This document shows, piece by piece, positions 27,913 through 35,344 of a stretch of DNA of 45,216 nucleotides. The notes under the pieces were generated by a model, which was given only the letters and a program-made list of their open reading frames with translations, did not search any database and was not told the origin of the DNA. Where the stretch lies: contig CAZCME010000013.1 of NCBI GenBank assembly GCA_964499705.1, forward strand, positions 1 to 45,216, read 5' to 3'. Numbering within the stretch: the stretch's first letter is position 1; every line of letters starts with the position of its first letter. This DNA is from an uncultured bacterium. Lineage in GTDB: Bacteria; UBA8481. The position numbers were made by a program, and so were the translations under genes.

Positions 27913-29850
27913 ATGGGACAACATCAATCAGACGGGCACCACTCGCAGGGATCTTCGCATGCCAATCACGCTAGTGACGGACATCACGAGACCCATCACG
28001 AGCTCGGATTCTGGCGCACGTACGTCTTCTCCGTCGACCACAAGGTCATCGGCCTTCAATACGGCATAACCGCTCTCGTCTTCCTCTTCATCGGCTTCAC
28101 CTTCATGATGCTGATGCGCTGGAACCTCGCCTATCCGGGCCAGCCGATCCCGGTCCTGAAGCACATCTGGCCCTACTTCGGTTCTGCCGTCGACTGGATC
28201 AGGATTCACATGGCAGGCGCTTCCGCCAGCACATTCGCGCAGGAATCTCTTCCCGACGGCGCGCTCGATCCGACGTTTTACAACCAGCTCGGAGCGATGC
28301 ACGGCACGATCATGGTCTTCCTGGGCGTCGTGCCGCTTGCGGTCGGAGCATTCGGCAACTACGTGATGCCTCTGCAGATCGGAGCGCCGGACATGGCGTT
28401 TCCGAAGATCAACATGGCGAGCTACTGGTCGTTCCTGCCGGGCGGGATCCTGATGCTCCTCTCGTTCCTGCTGCCGGGCGGAGCCGCCCAGTCCGGCTGG
28501 ACATCCTATCCTCCGCTATCCGTCGTCAGCCCGGGACAGACCGCCTGGCTCATCGGGATGATCTTCCTCATCACGTCATCGCTCCTGGGATCCGTCAATT
28601 TCATCGTCACCATCGTCCAGCTCCGCGCACCCGGCCTCACCTTTTTCGAGCCGGGCAAGCGCTGGTTCGGATTCCCCGTCCCCTCGCAGAGTTTCCCCTT
28701 CTTCGTCTGGGCGCAGTTCGTCACGTCCTTCCTCCTTCTCCTGGCGTTTCCTCCTCTCGAAGCCGCCGGCGTGCTGCAACTGATGGATCGCGTCGCGGGC
28801 ACCAGCTTCTTCATGCCGTCGGGGCTCGTCGTCAGCGGCAAGGCGCTCGAATATGCCGGCGGCGGCAGCGTGCTCTTGTGGCAGCATCTCTTCTGGTTCC
28901 TCGCGCACCCGGAAGTGTACGTGCTCCTTCTGCCCGCGATGGGGATCGTCGCGGAGGTCATCGCGAACAACACCAGGAAGCCGCTCTTCGGCTACAAGGC
29001 GATGGTGGGCGCCACCATGTTTCTCGGATTCATGTCGTTCATCGTCTGGGCGCATCACATGTTCATGACCTCGATGGGCACCGTCATCAGCGCCTTCTTC
29101 CAGACGACGACGATGATCATCTCCATTCCCTCCGTCATCATCCTCACGTCGCTCATCATCTCGCTCTGGGGAGCCTCCATCCGCTTCAATACGCCGATGC
29201 TCTTCGCTCTGGCATGGATGCCGATGTTCGGCATCGGAGGCTTGACCGGCCTGCCGCTCGGACTTTCGGCCACGGATATTCCTCTCCACGACACGCTGTA
29301 CGTCATCGGACACTTCCACTACGTCGTCGCGCCGGGCACCATATTCGCGCTTTTCGCGGGCATCTACTACTGGTTCCCGAAGGTGACGGGACGGAAGATG
29401 AGCGAGAAACTGGGGCAGCTCCACTTCTGGCCGTCGCTCCTCTGCATGAACGGCATCTTCATGCCGATGCTCTTCCAGGGCATGGCCGGCATGAACCGGA
29501 GGCTGGCCGACGGTGGAGCCGCCTACACGCACGTGCAGCATGTCCTGTGGATGAACGAGCTCATGTCGTGGTCGGCCTGGATCCTCGCCCTCGCGCAGAT
29601 TCCGTTCATCTTCAATTTCTTCCGGAGCATCTGGTGGGGCGAAAAGTGCGGCGACAATCCATGGCAAGCGACGACGATCGAATGGTCGGCTCCGTCACCT
29701 CCGGGCCACGGCAACTTCCTCGCGCCGCCGGTCGCCTATCGTGGGCCCTACGAGTACAGCGTCCCCGGGCAGGAGAGCGATTTCTCTCCGCAATTTCTGC
29801 CTGATTCGGCTTTGGCGGCAAAACCAGCGCCGGCCGCGGGAAAGGCCTGA
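27913..29850 (+). CDS. ctaD: cytochrome c oxidase subunit I (A1-like; K-channel Lys absent)
   Basis: All six His ligands (MHG, HPEVY, WAHH, HFH), APDMAFP, LHDT and NRR. Confidence 0.97.
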   Translation: MGQHQSDGHHSQGSSHANHASDGHHETHHELGFWRTYVFSVDHKVIGLQYGITALVFLFIGFTFMMLMRWNLAYPGQPIPVLKHIWPYFGSAVDWIRIHMAGASASTFAQESLPDGALDPTFYNQLGAMHGTIMVFLGVVPLAVGAFGNYVMPLQIGAPDMAFPKINMASYWSFLPGGILMLLSFLLPGGAAQSGWTSYPPLSVVSPGQTAWLIGMIFLITSSLLGSVNFIVTIVQLRAPGLTFFEPGKRWFGFPVPSQSFPFFVWAQFVTSFLLLLAFPPLEAAGVLQLMDRVAGTSFFMPSGLVVSGKALEYAGGGSVLLWQHLFWFLAHPEVYVLLLPAMGIVAEVIANNTRKPLFGYKAMVGATMFLGFMSFIVWAHHMFMTSMGTVISAFFQTTTMIISIPSVIILTSLIISLWGASIRFNTPMLFALAWMPMFGIGGLTGLPLGLSATDIPLHDTLYVIGHFHYVVAPGTIFALFAGIYYWFPKVTGRKMSEKLGQLHFWPSLLCMNGIFMPMLFQGMAGMNRRLADGGAAYTHVQHVLWMNELMSWSAWILALAQIPFIFNFFRSIWWGEKCGDNPWQATTIEWSAPSPPGHGNFLAPPVAYRGPYEYSVPGQESDFSPQFLPDSALAAKPAPAAGKA

Positions 29851-29852
29851 CG

Positions 29853-30527
29853 ATGGTCGCTCCTGCGCCATCCGTGACGCCCGCGACACTTCCCACATCC
29901 TGTGGGTCGGATGTCGTGATCCAATACGTGGACAAGCCCCGTCCTGACACCGGCGTCACCAACGCCAAGCTCGGCATCTGGCTCTTCCTTGCCTCCGAAG
30001 TCATGCTCTTCGGCGCCCTCTTTTCCACCTACATCGTCATCCGCTCCGGCATGCCCGCGGACCTCTGGCATTCCTTCAATCACAACGCCGACGGCAGCAC
30101 GCTCCTCAGCATCCCCATGGCGACGCTCAACACCGTTTTCCTCATCACATCCAGCATCACGATGGTGATGGCGTGGGCGGAACTGATGCGGAAGGATTTT
30201 TCCCGGCACAGGCTCTATCTCGGCGCCACCGTCCTCCTCGGCTGCTGCTTTCTCGTCGTCAAATATTTCGAATACGGCGCCAAGTTCGAGCATCACCTCT
30301 ATCCGAGCACGAACAATTTCCTGGCGATCTACTTCACGATGACCGGGCTCCATGTGATCCACGTCATTGGAGGCCTTCTCGTGAACGCCTATTTTCTCTT
30401 TCCTGGTGCTAAAATGTGGATGACGGAACCGGATCGGTTTACCGGGCGGATCGAAGTGTCGGGCCTTTACTGGCACTTCGTCGATCTCGTCTGGATCTTC
30501 CTCTTTCCCGTTCTGTATCTGATGTAG
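29853..30527 (+). CDS. ctaE: cytochrome c oxidase subunit III
   Basis: GIWLFLASEVMLFGALF, TGLHVIHV and YWHFVDLVWIFLF. Confidence 0.95.
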   Translation: MVAPAPSVTPATLPTSCGSDVVIQYVDKPRPDTGVTNAKLGIWLFLASEVMLFGALFSTYIVIRSGMPADLWHSFNHNADGSTLLSIPMATLNTVFLITSSITMVMAWAELMRKDFSRHRLYLGATVLLGCCFLVVKYFEYGAKFEHHLYPSTNNFLAIYFTMTGLHVIHVIGGLLVNAYFLFPGAKMWMTEPDRFTGRIEVSGLYWHFVDLVWIFLFPVLYLM

Positions 30528-30537
30528 GAGAAACAGC

Positions 30538-31059
30538 ATGACCGAGACGCACGCGCATATGCATGATTTTGAACATCACAAGAATCTGTATATCAAGATC
30601 TTCGCGGCCCTGATGGGCCTGACCGTGCTGACGGTCGGCGCGAAATACCTCAACATCCCGATCGTCAGCGTCACCATCTTCATCGCCGTCCTGATCGCAG
30701 CCATCAAGGCTTCGCTTGTCGCGCTCTTCTTCATGCACCTGTCGGCGGAGCGGAAGATCATCTACGTCATGCTCATCCTGATGGTGCTCTGCGTCATCGG
30801 GCTCTTTCTCCTGCCGACCGCGATGCAGCACGGCCCGATCACGGGAACAACGGCCTCGCCGCTTTCCGTCGCCGGATCCAGGGCCAACGGCGCGGGGCAC
30901 GGGCGCGGCGGCGAAGAAGCGCCGCTAGCGGCCGGCACGACGCCCGCGGACTCCGCGGCGGAAGCCGGCGCACATCAGTTGGAATCAGGAGCGGCTGACA
31001 CGGGGGCGGCCGCCGCAGCAGCATCGACCACGGAAACGCCCTCCAAGGAGAATCACTGA
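30538..31059 (+). CDS. cytochrome c oxidase subunit IV family protein with Ala-rich tail
   Basis: IA.IKASLVALFFMHL motif; three TM helices; AGGAG SD. Confidence 0.9.
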   Translation: MTETHAHMHDFEHHKNLYIKIFAALMGLTVLTVGAKYLNIPIVSVTIFIAVLIAAIKASLVALFFMHLSAERKIIYVMLILMVLCVIGLFLLPTAMQHGPITGTTASPLSVAGSRANGAGHGRGGEEAPLAAGTTPADSAAEAGAHQLESGAADTGAAAAAASTTETPSKENH

Positions 31060-31060
31060 C

Positions 31061-31255
31061 ATGTCGTTGAAGAGCTTCCATATCTTCTTCATCGCGCTCT
31101 CGTCGCTTCTCGCCTTCGGGTTCGGAGCGTGGTGCGTGCTGGAGAATTCGGCGCGGTACGTGCCGATGGGAATCCTCTCGTTTTGCGCGGGTGTGGCGCT
31201 GGTCGTTTACGGCGTCTATTTCCTGCGGAAATTGAGGAACGTCAGCTTCCTGTGA
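31061..31255 (+). CDS. small two-TM protein in the oxidase operon
   Basis: 64 aa (MSLKSFHIFFI...); AAGGAG SD; tightly packed in the operon. Confidence 0.75.
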   Translation: MSLKSFHIFFIALSSLLAFGFGAWCVLENSARYVPMGILSFCAGVALVVYGVYFLRKLRNVSFL

Positions 31256-31542
31256 AGCGCGTTCATTCCCTCCCCGCCCTCCTCGCCGCGATCTGGCTCG
31301 TAGCGGCATGGGCCGGCCCGGTCTCCGCGTGCGCCGTCTGCTATGGCGATCCCTCGTCCAGCGCGGTGCAGAGCGTGAACATGGGCGTGATGTTCATGGT
31401 CGGCGTCGTCGGCATGGTGCTCGCCGGTTTCGTCGCCGCCTTCATCGTGTATTCCCGGAATATTGAAAGAAAACTCGCGCAGGCTTGCCTGGCACAGTCT
31501 TATCCGGCCCATGCGGGCCCGGAGGAGGAACAACGCTCATGA
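31252..31542 (+). CDS. small exported membrane protein with CAVC motif
   Basis: GTGA overlap; signal-like helix, then ACAVCYG and a second TM helix; stop overlaps the subunit II start. Confidence 0.7.
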   Translation: MKRVHSLPALLAAIWLVAAWAGPVSACAVCYGDPSSSAVQSVNMGVMFMVGVVGMVLAGFVAAFIVYSRNIERKLAQACLAQSYPAHAGPEEEQRS

Positions 31543-32306
31543 CACAATGGCTCGGACTTCCCTTCGACGCTTCGACTCACGGCGCGGAACTGGACATCGT
31601 CATGATGATGGTGCACCTGCTGATGTTCGCCCTCTTTATCGGGTGGGGAACGTTCTTCGGTTACACCATCTGGCGCTTCCGCAAGGGGCGCCAGCCGCGC
31701 GCGATCTACGAGGGCGCGCAGAGCCATGCCTCGACGTACCTGGAAGCGGTGCTTGCAGGCATCGAAGTCGTTCTCCTTTTCGGATTCTCCATTCCCATCT
31801 GGGCATCTCAGATCAACACGCTGCCGGACGAAAAAGACGCGGTCGTCATTCATGTCGTCGCCCAGCAGTTCACATGGAAGCATCATTACGCGGGAGCCGA
31901 CGGGATCTTCGGGCGTCAGGAGGTCGCGCTCGTCGACGAACAGAGCAACCCGCTGGGCCTCGATTACAAGGACGAGCACGCTCTCGACGATATCGTCACC
32001 GGCGAACTGCATGTTCCCATCAACAAGCCCGTGATCGTCAAGGTGACGTCGAAGGACGTGATTCACGGGTTCGGCATCCCCTGCCTCCGCGTGAAACAGG
32101 ATGCGATGCCCGGCATGCTCGTGCCCGTCACCTTCACGGCGAAGAAAATCGGCGTGTTCGAGATCGCCTGCTCACAACTCTGCGGTCTCGGGCACTCCAA
32201 CATGAAGGGCATCGTCGTCATCGAGACGCGGTCCGAGTTTGAAAAATGGGCGACGGAGCAATCCGCGTCCGCAAAGGAGATTAACGCGTCCGGCGGATTG
32301 TTCTGA
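31539..32306 (+). CDS. ctaC: cytochrome c oxidase subunit II (CuA)
   Basis: Two TM helices, AQQFTW, DVIHGF and CSQLCGLGHSNM CuA ligands; GGAGG SD before ATG at 31539; no fused cytochrome c. Confidence 0.95.
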   Translation: MTQWLGLPFDASTHGAELDIVMMMVHLLMFALFIGWGTFFGYTIWRFRKGRQPRAIYEGAQSHASTYLEAVLAGIEVVLLFGFSIPIWASQINTLPDEKDAVVIHVVAQQFTWKHHYAGADGIFGRQEVALVDEQSNPLGLDYKDEHALDDIVTGELHVPINKPVIVKVTSKDVIHGFGIPCLRVKQDAMPGMLVPVTFTAKKIGVFEIACSQLCGLGHSNMKGIVVIETRSEFEKWATEQSASAKEINASGGLF

Positions 32307-32327
32307 TTCCCCGGCACAACCCATCAC

Positions 32328-33383
32328 ATGAATAGCCCGGGTCATCACGCGCCAGCCCCCTGGCGGCGGCGGTTCGCCGTCCTGACCGCCTGCGCCACGC
32401 TCCTGCTCATCTTCGCCGGCAGTCTCGTCACATCGACCGGATCCGCGCTTGCCGTACCCGACTGGCCCCTGGCGTATGGCATGCTCTTTCCTCCGATGGT
32501 GGGCGGTGTCTTCTATGAACACGGTCACAGGATCATCGCCTCGCTGGTCGGATTCCTCACGCTCATCCTCGCCGTCTGGTTCGCCCGCACGGAAAACCGC
32601 TCCTGGGTCCGGAAATGCGGCTGGCTCGCGCTGGGAGCCGTCATCGTGCAGGGATTGTTCGGGGGCATGACCGTCCTCTTCATGCAGATGCAACCGCTCT
32701 CCATCATACACGGCGTTCTCGCGCAGTCGTTTTTCATGCTCACCATCCTGCTCGCCCACAGCCAGTCGAACGTTTCCCGGCAAACCCCGACGAGCGCAAC
32801 GCCGGCATCCGCGCTGAGGAAACTCTCTTTCGCCGCCATGGCGGTCATCTACATCCAGCTCATCCTCGGAGCCGTCATGCGGCACACAAGCTCCGGACTC
32901 GCGATTCCGGATTTTCCGACCATGGGCGGATCCTGGATCCCTCTCTTCGACGATGCCATGCTGAAAACCATCAGCACGCTCCGGTTCGAAGCCAATATCG
33001 ATCCCCCATCCGTCAGTCTTGCGCAGGTGGCGATTCATTTCGCCCACCGTGCGGGCGCCGTCCTCGTCTCGCTCGTCGTCATCGCGTTTCTCCTTCGCAC
33101 TCGTGGCATTCCCGATCTTCCCCGGTCCATACGGCGCGATGTGAACCTGCTCGGCGTGCTCCTGGCGGCACAGGTTATCCTCGGAGCCTTCACCATCTGG
33201 AGCGTCCGCCAGCCGTTTGTCGCGAGCTTTCACGTGCTGACGGGCGCGACGATGCTGGGTCTGTCCACGCTCCTGTACCTTCGATCTTTTCCAGCGCATA
33301 TTTTCGCACGGGAGCACCTCTTCCCGGCCCCGGACGATTCCACGATGCGCGGAGCTGAACCCGGGGAACTGGCCAAGGCATGA
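32328..33383 (+). CDS. ctaA: heme A synthase (COX15/CtaA)
   Basis: PDWP, EHGHR, IHG, HFAHR and FHV conserved His set; eight TM helices. Confidence 0.9.
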   Translation: MNSPGHHAPAPWRRRFAVLTACATLLLIFAGSLVTSTGSALAVPDWPLAYGMLFPPMVGGVFYEHGHRIIASLVGFLTLILAVWFARTENRSWVRKCGWLALGAVIVQGLFGGMTVLFMQMQPLSIIHGVLAQSFFMLTILLAHSQSNVSRQTPTSATPASALRKLSFAAMAVIYIQLILGAVMRHTSSGLAIPDFPTMGGSWIPLFDDAMLKTISTLRFEANIDPPSVSLAQVAIHFAHRAGAVLVSLVVIAFLLRTRGIPDLPRSIRRDVNLLGVLLAAQVILGAFTIWSVRQPFVASFHVLTGATMLGLSTLLYLRSFPAHIFAREHLFPAPDDSTMRGAEPGELAKA

Positions 33384-34267
33384 GCACGGCTCCGTCCCTG
33401 ATGCGTTCCTACATCGCTCTCACGAAGCCCCGGCTGGTCTCCATGGTCGCCGTCTCGTCTTCTCTCGGATTCTTTCTTGCATCTTCACCCCGAGCTTCCT
33501 TTCCAGACGCCACTCTGGCTCGATACCTCTTCATGATTCTCGGCGTCGGACTCTCCGGTGCGGGATCGTGCGTGCTGAACCAGTATCTGGAGCGCGATGC
33601 GGATTCGCGCATGGAACGGACGCGCCACAGACCGCTTCCGACCGGCGAAATCTCTCCGATGCATGCGCTGCTCCTCGGCGTAACGCTTGTTCTGGCGGGC
33701 ATTTTCATACTCGAAAACCAGGTCAACCTGCTGACAAGTTTCCTGGTGCTTCTGACGACATTCCTGTATGTCCTCGTGTACACGCCCCTGAAACGCCTCA
33801 CATGGCTGAACACGACCGTCGGCGCCATACCCGGAGCCATACCGACGCTGGCAGGATGGGCGGCCGCCACCAATCATCTCTCCCCCGCCGCCTGGACACT
33901 CTTCACGATTCTCTTCCTCTGGCAGCATCCCCACTTTTTCGCGATCGCCTGGCTGTACCGCGACGACTACCGGCAGGGCGATTTCCGCATGCTGCCCGTT
34001 GTGGAACCCGACGGCGCGAGCACGTTCCGGCAGATCCTCATCTTCACCGTTCTCCTCATCGCCGCGTCACTCGCACCCGCCGGTCTCGGCACGGCTGGAC
34101 TTATCTACACCGCTGGAGCCCTGCTCCTGGGAACCATTTTCCTCGCCAGCGGTATTCGCCTCGCGCGGCTTCGTTCCACCGAGCAAGCCCGGGCCCTCTT
34201 CCATTTCTCCCTGCTCTATCTCCCCTGCCTCCTCCTCCTCCTCGCCGCCGACTCGATCCTGCAATAA
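33380..34267 (+). CDS. ctaB: protoheme IX farnesyltransferase (heme O synthase)
   Basis: LTKPR, N...ERD.D..MERT..RPLP.G, YTPLKR and WQ.PHF.AIAW...DDY. Confidence 0.95.
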   Translation: MSTAPSLMRSYIALTKPRLVSMVAVSSSLGFFLASSPRASFPDATLARYLFMILGVGLSGAGSCVLNQYLERDADSRMERTRHRPLPTGEISPMHALLLGVTLVLAGIFILENQVNLLTSFLVLLTTFLYVLVYTPLKRLTWLNTTVGAIPGAIPTLAGWAAATNHLSPAAWTLFTILFLWQHPHFFAIAWLYRDDYRQGDFRMLPVVEPDGASTFRQILIFTVLLIAASLAPAGLGTAGLIYTAGALLLGTIFLASGIRLARLRSTEQARALFHFSLLYLPCLLLLLAADSILQ

Positions 34268-34268
34268 C

Positions 34269-34916
34269 ATGAGCCTGCATGCGGACAAGAAGACGATGAG
34301 AGATAATACGGGGACAGTATACCTATTTTGCGTGAAGGATTTCACGCAAAATAGGTATACTGTCCCCGTATTACTCGTATTAATCATGGGGCTAGCGGCG
34401 TGCGGCGAGCCTGCGAAGCCGCCGTTGCCGGTCGTGGGCCAGGCGCCGAAATTCACGTTCCTGGACCAGGATGCGAGGGAGTTCGGTTCGGCTCAACTCG
34501 AGAACAAGGTCTGGATAGTCGACTTCGTGTACACAATGTGCGCGGGACCGTGTCCGGTGATGAGCCGGAACATGGCGTCACTGCACCGCTCCTACGCGCT
34601 CGATGACCGCGTTCGTTTCGTGACGGTGACGGTCGATCCGGAGTTCGACTCGCCCCGGGTGCTGAAGGAATACGCGGAGAAGCAGGACGCGAAGACGAAG
34701 CAATGGGTGTTCCTGACGAGCGATTCCGCTTCCATCCACAATCTCGCCTACGAGGGTTTCAAGATCGGCTCCAAGGACGACCCGATCTTCCACAGCACCA
34801 GGTTCGCGCTCGTCGACGGCAAGTCGCGCGTGCGCGGATACTATGAAGGAACGGACGACGAGGAAGTCGCGCGGCTCTTCAGTGAAATCGCGCGGCTCCT
34901 GGAGGAGCCATCATGA
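34269..34916 (+). CDS. SCO/SenC copper chaperone lipoprotein
   Basis: CAGPC (CxxxC), TVDPEFD, conserved His in FHS, lipobox LAAC; start at 34269 or 34296. Confidence 0.9.
   Translation: MSLHADKKTMRDNTGTVYLFCVKDFTQNRYTVPVLLVLIMGLAACGEPAKPPLPVVGQAPKFTFLDQDAREFGSAQLENKVWIVDFVYTMCAGPCPVMSRNMASLHRSYALDDRVRFVTVTVDPEFDSPRVLKEYAEKQDAKTKQWVFLTSDSASIHNLAYEGFKIGSKDDPIFHSTRFALVDGKSRVRGYYEGTDDEEVARLFSEIARLLEEPS
34304..34373. repeat. 70-nt perfect palindromic element, copy 2, inside the 5' end of the SCO gene
   Basis: 33-bp perfect stem TAATACGGGGACAGTATACCTATTTTGCGTGAA with loop GGAT; near-identical to 27262-27331. Confidence 0.95.
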
Positions 34917-35344
34917 CGATTGCCGACCTGCCGGCGGTCAACGCCTCGCTGAATTTCTGCGCGGCGGTCCTCCTGACCTCCGGCTGGTTCGCCGTTCGAG
35001 CCGGCCGCCGCGACATTCATGCCAGGCTTATGATCGCCGCGCTCATCGCTTCGGCCGCCTTCCTCGTGTCGTATCTCGTCTACCACTTCAACATCGTGGC
35101 CGTGACGAAATACCAGGGGCAGGGCTTCCTGCGGGCGCTCTATTTCTTCATCCTCTTCACGCATATCCCGCTCGCCGTGCTGGTCGTCCCGGGCAGTCTC
35201 CGGGCCGTCTGGATGGCAGCGCGCGGCGATTTCGTCCGCCACAGGAAGACAACTCGATGGCTCTGGCCGGTCTGGATGTACGTCTCCGTCACGGGCGTCG
35301 CCATCTATGTCATGCTCTATATCCTGCCGGCGAACGCCTCATGA
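34913..35344 (+). CDS. DUF420 family membrane protein
   Basis: LPAVNASLN, H...M..A..AS..FL.SY..YH and W.YVS.TG. Confidence 0.9.
   Translation: MTIADLPAVNASLNFCAAVLLTSGWFAVRAGRRDIHARLMIAALIASAAFLVSYLVYHFNIVAVTKYQGQGFLRALYFFILFTHIPLAVLVVPGSLRAVWMAARGDFVRHRKTTRWLWPVWMYVSVTGVAIYVMLYILPANAS

Noticed and set aside
34843-35340. 166-aa N-terminal extension of CcmF in the ORF track
   Set aside because: It overlaps the DUF420 gene in another frame; ATG 35341 with an ATGA overlap is the better start.
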